Positions 18,623-26,471 of a DNA stretch of 38,319 nt are shown one piece after another. This DNA is from Pseudomonadota bacterium (GTDB lineage: Bacteria; Pseudomonadota; Alphaproteobacteria; CADEGL01). Location: the NCBI GenBank assembly GCA_027619995.1, contig JAQCGR010000002.1, positions 1 through 38,319 on the forward strand, given 5' to 3'. A program made the position numbers and the translations under genes. The notes below the pieces were generated by a model. That model saw nothing but the letters and a program-made list of their open reading frames with translations, was not told the DNA's origin and made no database searches. The stretch's first letter is position 1. Each line of letters begins with the position of its first letter.

Positions 18623-18687
18623 CCGCTCCTCGAACCGCCGGGGACAAAACGCTATCCTTACCGCGAACCACCTAGAGGAGCACCGCC

Positions 18688-19284
18688 ATGGCCAGCCCTA
18701 TCGAGTATTTCTTCGCCCTGCCCTCGCCCTGGTGCTATCTGGGCCACCAACGCCTGATCGACACGGCCGCCAAGGCGGGGCGGAAGATACATTTCAAGCC
18801 CTGCATCACGGGCAAGCTGTTCCCGGCGGCCGGCACCTTGGCCCTGTGCGACCGGCCCCGGGCGCGCAAGACATACCGCATGGCCGAGCTCAAGCGCTGG
18901 CGCGACCATCTCGCAATGCCTCTGACCCTGGAGCCGGCCTATTTCCCGGTCGATGAAAGTGTCGCCGCGCGCACCGTGATCGTGCTGCAGGAACGCGGGT
19001 TGGATTGCGGCGCCCTGGCTGGGGCCTATATGCGCGCGGTCTGGGCCGAGGAGCAGGACATATCCGACCCGGCCGTGATCGACGAGATCGCCGCCGCCCA
19101 AGGCCATGACGGCCCGGGCCTGCGCGAAGCGGCGGAGGACCGCGCAGTCGGCGAACGGTACGAGGAATTTACCGAACAGGCCGTCGCCGCCTCGGTCTTC
19201 GGCTATCCCACCTTTATCGTCGAGGGCGAGATGTTCTGGGGCCAGGACCGGCTGGATTTCGTGGAACGGGCGCTGAAGGGCTAG
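18688..19284 (+). CDS. 2-hydroxychromene-2-carboxylate isomerase family protein (DsbA-like thioredoxin fold)
   Basis: 198-codon ORF, AGAGGAG upstream of the ATG at 18688. N-terminal IEYFFALPSPWCYLG and C-terminal FGYPTFIVEGEMFWGQDRLDFVE are typical of the HCCA-isomerase/DsbA-like family. Confidence 0.78.
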   Translation: MASPIEYFFALPSPWCYLGHQRLIDTAAKAGRKIHFKPCITGKLFPAAGTLALCDRPRARKTYRMAELKRWRDHLAMPLTLEPAYFPVDESVAARTVIVLQERGLDCGALAGAYMRAVWAEEQDISDPAVIDEIAAAQGHDGPGLREAAEDRAVGERYEEFTEQAVAASVFGYPTFIVEGEMFWGQDRLDFVERALKG

Positions 19285-19288
19285 CGCC

Positions 19289-20569
19289 TCAGTCCAGCAC
19301 CTTGTTCGCGCTCTCCTTCATCCGCAGCACCACGGCGAAGGACACGGCGGCGGCCAGCATCAGGTACCACGCGATGGCCAGGTCGTCGTGGCTGCGCGCG
19401 ATCAGCCAGGTCGAGACCATCGGCGTGGTGCCGCCGAAGACTGCGAGGCAGACGTTGTAGCCGACGCTCAGGGCGCTGACCCGCACCCGGCGCGGGAAGG
19501 CTTCGGCCATCGCCGCCGGGACTGCACCGAAATAGGACGCGATGAAAACCGCCAACCCGCACTGGCCGAGCAGGATCATGACCGGGTCCGGGTGGTGCAT
19601 CAGCCAGATCAGCGGCCAGCCGAAGACGAGCAGCCCGCCCGTGCCGAACAACATCAAGGGTTTACGCCCGATTCTGTCCGAAAGCGCGGCGGCTGCCGGG
19701 ATCAGCAAACAGAGCAGCGCCATCGCCACGGTGTTGAGGTCGAGCGCGTCAGAGCGCGGCTCCTTCACCCGGTCGACCAGCCAGGTCACCATATAGACGA
19801 AGATCATGTAGAAGCCGACGGCGTTGACCACGTTGAAGCCGATCACCCGCAGCATCGAGCGCCATTGGTGGGTGAAGGCCTCGACCACCGGGTTCTTGGG
19901 CTTGTCCTCCTCCGCCGGCGCGGGCAGGTCGTGGATGCCCCGGCGCACCAGCAGGCCGACCAGGCCCACGGCGATGCCCAGGATGAAGGGCAGGCGCCAA
20001 CCCCAGGACTGGAGCGCCGCGTCGTCCAGCAGGTTGCTCATCGCCGCGCTGACGGCCGAGCCCAGGAGGATACCGCCGACCGCACCAAACAGGGCCCAGC
20101 TGGAGAAATAGCCGCGCCGGCCCTTGGGGGCATGTTCGGTCAGGAAGACGACGGAACTGGTGTATTCCCCCCCCACGGACAGGCCCTGGAGCATCCGCAT
20201 CAGCACCATCACCACGGCGGCGGCCGCGCCGATCGTCGCATGGCCGGGCAGCAGGCCGATCACGCAGGTCGGGATCGCCATGAGAGTGACGGAAAGGATG
20301 AGGGCGCGCTTGCGCCCGATCTTGTCGCCGATATAGCCGAAGATCAGCCCGCCGAAGGGCCGCATCAGGAAGCCTGCAGCAAAGGCCCCGAAGGCCGCGA
20401 CCAGAGAGGCCACCGGATCCTCGGAAGGAAAGAAGATGCCGGCGATGATCGGGGCGAAATAGCCGTAGACGGCGAAGTCGTACCATTCCAGCACATTGCC
20501 GACGACGCCGGCCATGATCGTCCGGCGGCGCGTTTCCGGCGTGATATCCGCCATGGTCGTGGCTGTCAT
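19289..20569 (-). CDS. MFS transporter, metabolite:H+ symporter (MHS, ProP/KgtP-like) family
   Basis: 426-codon hydrophobic ORF. N-terminal VGNVLEWYDFAVYGYFAPII and the GDKIGRKRAL loop are typical of MHS transporters. GGAGG upstream of the ATG at 20567-20569. Last gene of the oxygenase operon. Confidence 0.85.
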   Translation of the reverse strand: MTATTMADITPETRRRTIMAGVVGNVLEWYDFAVYGYFAPIIAGIFFPSEDPVASLVAAFGAFAAGFLMRPFGGLIFGYIGDKIGRKRALILSVTLMAIPTCVIGLLPGHATIGAAAAVVMVLMRMLQGLSVGGEYTSSVVFLTEHAPKGRRGYFSSWALFGAVGGILLGSAVSAAMSNLLDDAALQSWGWRLPFILGIAVGLVGLLVRRGIHDLPAPAEEDKPKNPVVEAFTHQWRSMLRVIGFNVVNAVGFYMIFVYMVTWLVDRVKEPRSDALDLNTVAMALLCLLIPAAAALSDRIGRKPLMLFGTGGLLVFGWPLIWLMHHPDPVMILLGQCGLAVFIASYFGAVPAAMAEAFPRRVRVSALSVGYNVCLAVFGGTTPMVSTWLIARSHDDLAIAWYLMLAAAVSFAVVLRMKESANKVLD

Positions 20570-20654
20570 GTCTCGCCTCCCCCCAGAAGCGGGCCCCCCG
20601 GCCCAACCGCGGCTATCGTGCCACTATTTTCCCGCTCCGGCTAGGCGGCGCGCG

Positions 20655-21080
20655 TTACCCTGCTTTTTCGGGCGGCAGGATCACGTCGACGTCGATTTCC
20701 ATCACGTATTGCGGCCGGGCGAAGCCCTTGATGATGGTGATGGCCATGGTCGGATGGACGCCCTTGAGCCATTTGCCGACCGTGTTGGTCACCGGTTGGA
20801 CGAAGGCGCGGTCCGAGAGCCAGAGGCGTACGGCGCAGATATCGTCGAATTTCGCCCCTGCCTCTTCCAGCAGATCCTTGACGTTCTGCATGGCATTGTC
20901 GGTCTGGGCCACCGGGTCTTCGGCGCCGCCGCTGATCTCATCCTTGCCGCGCACCCGGCCGGTCTGGCCCCGGATGATGACGTGATTGCCGGCCTTCACG
21001 ATCCAGCAGAGATCGTTGTCCAACTCCTGCTCCGGAAAGGCGTCCCGCGTGTTGTATTGGTGCAGCCGTTCGTGGGCCAT
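20655..21080 (-). CDS. RidA/YjgF/Rut-C family enamine/imine deaminase-like protein (copy 1)
   Basis: 141-codon ORF. Segments NAMQNVKDLLEEAGAKFDDI and ...VMEIDVDV are typical of the family. Starts 39 nt after the HpaB-like copy 1 stop. Confidence 0.82.
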   Translation of the reverse strand: MAHERLHQYNTRDAFPEQELDNDLCWIVKAGNHVIIRGQTGRVRGKDEISGGAEDPVAQTDNAMQNVKDLLEEAGAKFDDICAVRLWLSDRAFVQPVTNTVGKWLKGVHPTMAITIIKGFARPQYVMEIDVDVILPPEKAG

Positions 21081-21119
21081 CGTGTCCCCCTTGATGCGTA
21101 AAATCGGCCGTCGCGGCCC

Positions 21120-22565
21120 CTAGCCCATCACCCGGTCGCTCAATCCGGCGGCCTTCTTCACGAAGCCCAGCGGCGCATCCCAGTCGAAGGTCTGGTAGAG
21201 CGCGTTGAGATGGGCGTAGGGCGGCGCCTGGGCGAAGAGGTGGTAGCTGATCCGGTGGCCGGCATGACTGGAATTCACCAGGTCGCGGGCGAAAGCCAAT
21301 AGACGGCGCCGGTCCTCGGCGCCCCAGCGCTCGTTCACCGTATAATATTTCTTGAGCCACTCGGCCGATTCACCCTCGTGGAAGGAGCGGTGATCGGGGG
21401 TCAGGCAGATCTGACCGCCGACCAGCTCGCGCGTCATGTGCATCATCGCCGGCAGCTCGGCGCAGGCCATCGCCCGGCCGGCATAGAAGGTCGACTGGTG
21501 CGGCATCATGAAGCCCGCCGTGCTCTCCTCAGCCAGTTCGACCGAGGCGGTCTGGAAGGCATTTATCCCCTCGCGGTAGACGATCATGCGGGCGAGCTTC
21601 TCGCGGACCGCCGGATTCTTGTCGAGCCCGGTCTGGCGCGCGTTGAAGCTGGCCGCGCCGATCAGCATGTCTGCCAGATGGATCATCCGCTCGACGAAGG
21701 GAAAGCCGGTATAGCGGTGCAACATGGCCCGCACGAAGGCCGCCGCCTTGGTGTGGCGATAGAAAAAAACGTACTCCCATGGGATCGTCACATTGTCGAA
21801 GATGATCAGGCTGTCGACCTCGTCGAACCGGGTCGAAATGGGATAGTCCTCCGGGTCCAAGCCGCGCGAGAGCGGGCTGCGGCAGATATGCTTGAGGCCC
21901 GGCAGGTTCATCGGGCAAAGGAAGCCGAGGGCGTAGTCCGACAGGGTCTCGTTGCCCCAGTTCGCGATGGTCGGCTTGACGAAGGCTTCATGGGCATAGG
22001 CCGCGCCGGTCTCGTATTTGGCGCCCCGCACGACAATACCCGCATCCGTTTCGCCCACGACATGAAGCAGCATGTCCGGGTCCTGCTCCTGCGGCGGCAG
22101 GGAGCGATCGCCCTTGGGATCGGTATTGGCGGAGACGACGAAGCGGTCCTCGATGCGCACCCGTTCGACCTGTTTCGCGATATTCTCGCCGAAGCGGGGA
22201 TCGACCGCGTCCAGCATCTCGCGCCCGTCGAGCAGCGACCACAAGGCCCCGACCGTTTCGTCGCCCATGCGCAGGGCCAGGCCGCCGACATCCTGCATGA
22301 CAAGACGCACCCAATCGCGCTTCTGGCGCCAATCGTCCTTGCTGCGCGGCCCCAGATTGGTAATGGCGTGGGGGCCGCCCTCATCGGCATAGGTCATGGT
22401 CGCGGCGTAGCGCTCCTCATGCGCCATATCGTAGATACGCGCGCGCAGATCGACGGCGTGGCGAAAGGCCGGATGGTTGGGCACGTCCTTGACCCGCTCG
22501 CCGTCCAGCAGGACCGTGCGGCCGTCGCGGATCGACTCCCTGTATTCATCGCCGGTCATGCGCAC
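21120..22565 (-). CDS. 4-hydroxyphenylacetate 3-hydroxylase (HpaB) family flavin-dependent oxygenase component (copy 1)
   Basis: N-terminus TGDEYRESIRDGRTVLLDGERVKDVPNHPAF is HpaB-like, and similarity to the paralogue at 23803-25254 runs the full length. I prefer the GTG at 22563-22565 as start: it lies 9 nt after GAGGAG and gives V-R-M-T-G-D, aligning with M-L-R-T-G-D of copy 2. An ATG at 22557-22559 is the alternative. The tracked extension to 22646 would overlap DUF1028. Confidence 0.83.
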   Translation of the reverse strand: MRMTGDEYRESIRDGRTVLLDGERVKDVPNHPAFRHAVDLRARIYDMAHEERYAATMTYADEGGPHAITNLGPRSKDDWRQKRDWVRLVMQDVGGLALRMGDETVGALWSLLDGREMLDAVDPRFGENIAKQVERVRIEDRFVVSANTDPKGDRSLPPQEQDPDMLLHVVGETDAGIVVRGAKYETGAAYAHEAFVKPTIANWGNETLSDYALGFLCPMNLPGLKHICRSPLSRGLDPEDYPISTRFDEVDSLIIFDNVTIPWEYVFFYRHTKAAAFVRAMLHRYTGFPFVERMIHLADMLIGAASFNARQTGLDKNPAVREKLARMIVYREGINAFQTASVELAEESTAGFMMPHQSTFYAGRAMACAELPAMMHMTRELVGGQICLTPDHRSFHEGESAEWLKKYYTVNERWGAEDRRRLLAFARDLVNSSHAGHRISYHLFAQAPPYAHLNALYQTFDWDAPLGFVKKAAGLSDRVMG

Positions 22566-22611
22566 GGTATTTTTCTCCTCGTCATCTATTCTTGGTGCCG
22601 GAACAGCGGGC

Positions 22612-23289
22612 CTATGTGTTGCCCGGCACTCCGTAGGACTGCGCATCGGCGGGGCTCAGCGCGCGGGTCAGATACATGCCCATCTGCGGCTGGTAGTCGG
22701 TCCAGATTGAGCGCAGTCGGGCGATCGGGGCCTCGTCCCAATCGACCCGCAGGTCACAGATCGGCCAGATATACTCATCCTTGACCTGCACGCCGGCGGA
22801 ATGGACGTCGCCATGCTCGCCGCCCGCCTTCAGACCCGCTTCCAACCCGCGCAGCAGGCGCTCTACCAAGACCTCACCCTCGGCAGCCTCGAAGCCGCCG
22901 ACCATGGCCTGGGCCACGTCGGAGTTCTTGAGCAGGTTGCCAATGGCCACGCTGTCCTTGCCGATCGCCTCGCCCCGGTTCGCGAAGACCTCGTCCCCCG
23001 AATAGGCCAGCGGCGTATCGGAGGCATTGAGCACCGCGAGTTGACGATACGCGATGTTCGCGCCGTCCTCGGCAATCATGGCGTCCATCACCTCCTGAGC
23101 CGTGGCACCCTTGGCGAGCAGGTCGAGACCGAACTTGCCGAGGGCCGGATTGGTCTGGTTCTGGGTACCGATCACCCCCACCCCTTCGCGCACCCAGATA
23201 CAGCGCGCGCCGACGCAGATGCTGGAGGTGGTGATCGCAATGCCGAACTGGCCGGTGCGCCGGCACCGCCCACTGATGGAAAATGTCAT
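22612..23289 (-). CDS. DUF1028 family protein (Ntn-hydrolase fold)
   Basis: 225-codon ORF beginning MTFSISGRCRRTGQFGIAITTSSICVGARCIWVREGVGVIGTQNQTNP, which matches my memory of the DUF1028 N-terminus. Thr would be residue 1 after Met removal. Confidence 0.78.
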   Translation of the reverse strand: MTFSISGRCRRTGQFGIAITTSSICVGARCIWVREGVGVIGTQNQTNPALGKFGLDLLAKGATAQEVMDAMIAEDGANIAYRQLAVLNASDTPLAYSGDEVFANRGEAIGKDSVAIGNLLKNSDVAQAMVGGFEAAEGEVLVERLLRGLEAGLKAGGEHGDVHSAGVQVKDEYIWPICDLRVDWDEAPIARLRSIWTDYQPQMGMYLTRALSPADAQSYGVPGNT

Positions 23290-23354
23290 CTCTCTGCTCC
23301 CTCTCGCTTCGCTACCTGTTTACTGCCTGGCCGCTCGTCCCTTGAGGTCGCGGC

Positions 23355-23771
23355 CTAAAGCTCGTCGTCCGGGATCACCGCCTCGATGTCGATTTCCATC
23401 ATCAGCTCCGGCCGGGCCAGGCCGTTGACGATCAGGCCGGTCGAGCAGGGATGCACGCCCTTCAGCGCCGCGCCGACCGCGCGGTAAACCGCCCCGCGAT
23501 AGGCCCGATCGGTGATGTAGATCGTCGTCTTGCAGATATGGTCGAGCTTGGAGCCGGCCTCTTCGAGGAGCTGCTTGACGTTCTTCATCGCCTGTTCGGC
23601 CTGCGCCCCGGCATCGCCGATGCCGACGAGATTACCGTCGAGATCCATGCCGACCTGGCCGCGCAGGAACACCCGGTTCCCGGCCCGCACCGCCATGGCG
23701 AGATCGTTGTCGAGCCCCTGGCCCTCCCAGGCGTCCTTGGTGTTGAACTTGCGGATACGCTGATGCGCCAT
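23355..23771 (-). CDS. RidA/YjgF/Rut-C family enamine/imine deaminase-like protein (copy 2)
   Basis: Start placed at ATG 23769-23771 (MAHQRIRKFNTKDAWEG...), aligning with copy 1 (MAHERLHQYNTRDAFPE...). Shared blocks: LDNDL, NVK-LLEEAG, KGVHP, MEID. The tracked 59-codon upstream extension is rejected. Confidence 0.82.
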   Translation of the reverse strand: MAHQRIRKFNTKDAWEGQGLDNDLAMAVRAGNRVFLRGQVGMDLDGNLVGIGDAGAQAEQAMKNVKQLLEEAGSKLDHICKTTIYITDRAYRGAVYRAVGAALKGVHPCSTGLIVNGLARPELMMEIDIEAVIPDDEL

Positions 23772-23802
23772 CGTGGTTCCCCGTCGTTGTGAGTGGCCGG
23801 TC

Positions 23803-25254
23803 CTAGCCGCGAACCTTGTCCGAAAGGCCCGCGCATTTCTGCACGAAATCGAGCGCGTTCTCGAAATCGAAATTGTTGTAGACCGCGTTGAGATGAGCGA
23901 AAGGCGGCGACTGGGCGAACAGCTCGAAAGTCGTCCTGTGACCGGCATAGTCGCTGTTCAGCAAATCGCGCCCGAAGGCCAAGAGCCTGCGCCGATCCTC
24001 TGCCGTCCATTTCTCATTCACGGTGTAGAACTTGTCCATCCAGGGCTTGGTCGCCGGGGCCTGGAAGGTGGCGAAATCGGGGGTCACGCAGATCTGACCG
24101 CCGCAGAGTTCGCGCGCGATATGCGCCATGGCCGGATAGTTGCTGATGGCATGGACGCGGCCCGTATAAAGCAGCGACTGGTTCGGCATCAAAAGACCCT
24201 TGGGGCTCTTCTCGGCCATCGCGATGGCCGCCGTCAGATGGGCGTTGATGCCTTCGCGCCAGCCCGCCAGGGCGGCCAGCTTTTCGCGCACCGCCGGGTT
24301 GTTCTCGAGGCCCGTCTGGCGGCAATTGAACAGAGCCGTGCCGATCATCATGTCGGCCAGATAGAGCACGCGAAGGACGAAGGGATAGGCGCTGTAGCGG
24401 TGCAAAGTACCGCGAATGAAGGATGCCGCGCGGGTGTGACGGTAGAACAGCACATTCTCCCAAGGCACCAGCACATCGTCGAAGATCAGCAGGGTATCGA
24501 CCTCGTCGAACCGCGTGGCGATCGGATAGTCCTCGGGCTTCTTCTTATCGGCGAAACCAGTCCGGCAGATATGCTTGAGGCCCGGCGCGCCCATGTCGCA
24601 GATGAAGCCGAGCGCATAATCCGACAGCTTCTCGTCGCCCCAATTGGCGATGGTCGGCTTGACGAAGGCCTGGTTGGCATAGGCGGCCGCAGTCTCGTAT
24701 TTCGCGCCGCGCACGACGATGCCGGCATCGGTCTCCTTGGCCAGATGCAGCAGCATGTCCGGGTCCTGGTCCTGGGGCCGCTTGGAGCGGTCGCCCTTGG
24801 GATCGGTATTGGCCGAGACATGGAAGATATCGCATTGGATGACCCGCTCGATATGGGCCGCGATATTCTTGGAGAAGCGCGGATCGACCTCGTCCAGCAC
24901 GTCGGAGCCGTCGTAGAGCGACCACATCTCGCCCACCGTCTCGTCGCCGATCCGGATGGCGACGCCGCCCATCTCGCGCAGCACCGTATCGACCCAGCGG
25001 GTCTTGTCGTGCCAGTCCTGTTTTTCGCGCGGCAGCTTGTAGGAGGTCGTGTTCGACTCGCCCGTGGCCGGGTCGGTATAGGCCATGGCCTCGCGATGGG
25101 CGTCCTCATGCGCCATGTCGTAGATCCGCGCGCGCAGATCGACGATCGGCTTGAAGGCCGGATGGCTCGGCACGTCCTTGACGAGCTCGCCGTCGATATA
25201 GACCTCGCGCCCGTCGCGGATGGACTCACGATACTCGTCGCCGGTTCTCAGCAT
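23803..25254 (-). CDS. 4-hydroxyphenylacetate 3-hydroxylase (HpaB) family flavin-dependent oxygenase component (copy 2)
   Basis: 483-codon ORF starting MLRTGDEYRESIRDGREVYIDGELVKDVPSHPAF. Long blocks are identical to copy 1 (VSANTDPKGDRS, ETDAGIVVRGAKYET, AFVKPTIANWG, PGLKHICR, EDRRRLLAF). First gene of the operon, divergent from LysR. Confidence 0.85.
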   Translation of the reverse strand: MLRTGDEYRESIRDGREVYIDGELVKDVPSHPAFKPIVDLRARIYDMAHEDAHREAMAYTDPATGESNTTSYKLPREKQDWHDKTRWVDTVLREMGGVAIRIGDETVGEMWSLYDGSDVLDEVDPRFSKNIAAHIERVIQCDIFHVSANTDPKGDRSKRPQDQDPDMLLHLAKETDAGIVVRGAKYETAAAYANQAFVKPTIANWGDEKLSDYALGFICDMGAPGLKHICRTGFADKKKPEDYPIATRFDEVDTLLIFDDVLVPWENVLFYRHTRAASFIRGTLHRYSAYPFVLRVLYLADMMIGTALFNCRQTGLENNPAVREKLAALAGWREGINAHLTAAIAMAEKSPKGLLMPNQSLLYTGRVHAISNYPAMAHIARELCGGQICVTPDFATFQAPATKPWMDKFYTVNEKWTAEDRRRLLAFGRDLLNSDYAGHRTTFELFAQSPPFAHLNAVYNNFDFENALDFVQKCAGLSDKVRG

Positions 25255-25403
25255 GCCGCCGCCTACCTGAAGTGATTATGGGCAATCGCAGCCGATACTA
25301 AACCGCATCCGCCGCCGCGCCGCATCGATATCAATGATGAAGCCGCGATTTTTCGTCGCGCAACCGAATGGCGAGGGAAGAGTGCTGCGTCGGATTGGAT
25401 TTG

Positions 25404-25418
25404 AAAAATACTATTTTT
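25404..25418. promoter_or_regulatory. AT-only 7-1-7 palindrome AAAAATA-C-TATTTTT in the LysR/oxygenase divergent promoter region
   Basis: Perfect inverted repeat inside a striking AT-rich patch (25395-25440) of an otherwise GC-rich window, 25 nt upstream of the LysR ATG. A second dyad with LysR-type T-N11-A spacing (atcgatatcaatgat) is at 25324-25338. Confidence 0.3.
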
Positions 25419-25442
25419 TTGTCTATTGCATAGATTAAGCCT

Positions 25443-26363
25443 ATGCCATTCACCCTTCAGCAACTGCGCTATTTCGTGACCGCCGCCGAACTCGGCAGCG
25501 TGACCGGCGCCGCGCGCGAGTTGAGTATCTCGCAGCCCTCGGTCTCGGCAGCGATCCGCAAGCTGGAGGATCAGTTCGGCGCCCAGTTCGTCCTGCGCCA
25601 TCACGCCCAGGGCATTTCGTTGACCGCCGCCGGGCGGCGCTTCATGTCCCATGCCCGCAGCCTGCTGGCCCAGGCCCAGGCTCTCGAATCCGACACCCGT
25701 GGGTTGGGCGGCGATCTCGGCGGCAGCCTGGAACTGGGCTGCTATTTCAGCTTCGCGCCCTTCCTGCTGCCCGGCCTGTTGCGGGGCTTCTCCCAGGACC
25801 ATCCCGACGTGACCTTGCGGCTGCGCGAAAACGATCATGAAAGCCTGCGGCGGGATCTGGAGAGCGGCGCGATCGAGGTCGCCCTGCTCTATGACCTGGG
25901 ACTCGGCCAGGACCTGACGGTCGAGCCCCTGGCCGAACTGCTGCCCTACGCCCTGCTCCCCATCGATCATCCCCTCGCCCGCGCGCCGACCGTCGCCCTG
26001 CGCGACCTCGCGCGCGAACCGATGATCCTGCTCGACCTGCCGACCACACGCGAATATTTCCTGACCCGGTTCCGCGCCCTCGGCCTCGATCCGGTGATCG
26101 GCCTCCGAACCACCAGCTACGAGACCATTCGCGGGTTGGTCGCCAACGGGTTGGGCTATTCAGTGTTGGTCATGCGGCCCTATGGCGACCGGGCCTATGA
26201 CGGCCGCCGCCTGGCCTGCCGGCCGATCGCGGAACCCGTCCCGCCAACCCGCATCGTCCTCGCCCGCTCCGCCGCCATCCGGCCGAGTCCCGTGGTCGAG
26301 GCCTTTGCCGCCCTCGCCCGCGCCTATGTTCCCGCCGCGATTTCAGGGACAACGCCGGAGTAG
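25443..26363 (+). CDS. LysR family transcriptional regulator
   Basis: 306-codon ORF. N-terminal wHTH LQQLRYFVTAAELGSVTGAARELSISQPSVSAAIRKLE followed by a LysR substrate-binding domain. Divergent from the oxygenase operon across 188 nt. Confidence 0.9.
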   Translation: MPFTLQQLRYFVTAAELGSVTGAARELSISQPSVSAAIRKLEDQFGAQFVLRHHAQGISLTAAGRRFMSHARSLLAQAQALESDTRGLGGDLGGSLELGCYFSFAPFLLPGLLRGFSQDHPDVTLRLRENDHESLRRDLESGAIEVALLYDLGLGQDLTVEPLAELLPYALLPIDHPLARAPTVALRDLAREPMILLDLPTTREYFLTRFRALGLDPVIGLRTTSYETIRGLVANGLGYSVLVMRPYGDRAYDGRRLACRPIAEPVPPTRIVLARSAAIRPSPVVEAFAALARAYVPAAISGTTPE

Positions 26364-26471
26364 CCGCCGGAAGCCGTCATCTGAAGCATCCTCACGGCCC
26401 CATCCGCATGGACGGAGCGAAGCCCCGCGCGCTAGTCTCCGCCCAAGATTCAGACAGTCAGGGGACGGACG

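Noticed and set aside
22560-22646. N-terminal extensions of tracked ORFs (for example HpaB copy 1 to 22646, RidA copy 2 to 23948, binding protein to 33284, decarboxylase from 16168, di-haem protein to 11341)
   Set aside because: The extensions overlap neighbouring genes or lack counterparts in the paralogue or family. Internal starts with better ribosome-binding-site context, or that align with the paralogue, were chosen instead.
21378-25275. 468-aa and 500-aa plus-strand ORFs (21378-22784, 23773-25275) mirroring the two HpaB-like genes
   Set aside because: They are shadow ORFs opposite strongly supported paralogous coding genes. Their mutual resemblance only reflects the paralogy of the genes on the other strand.
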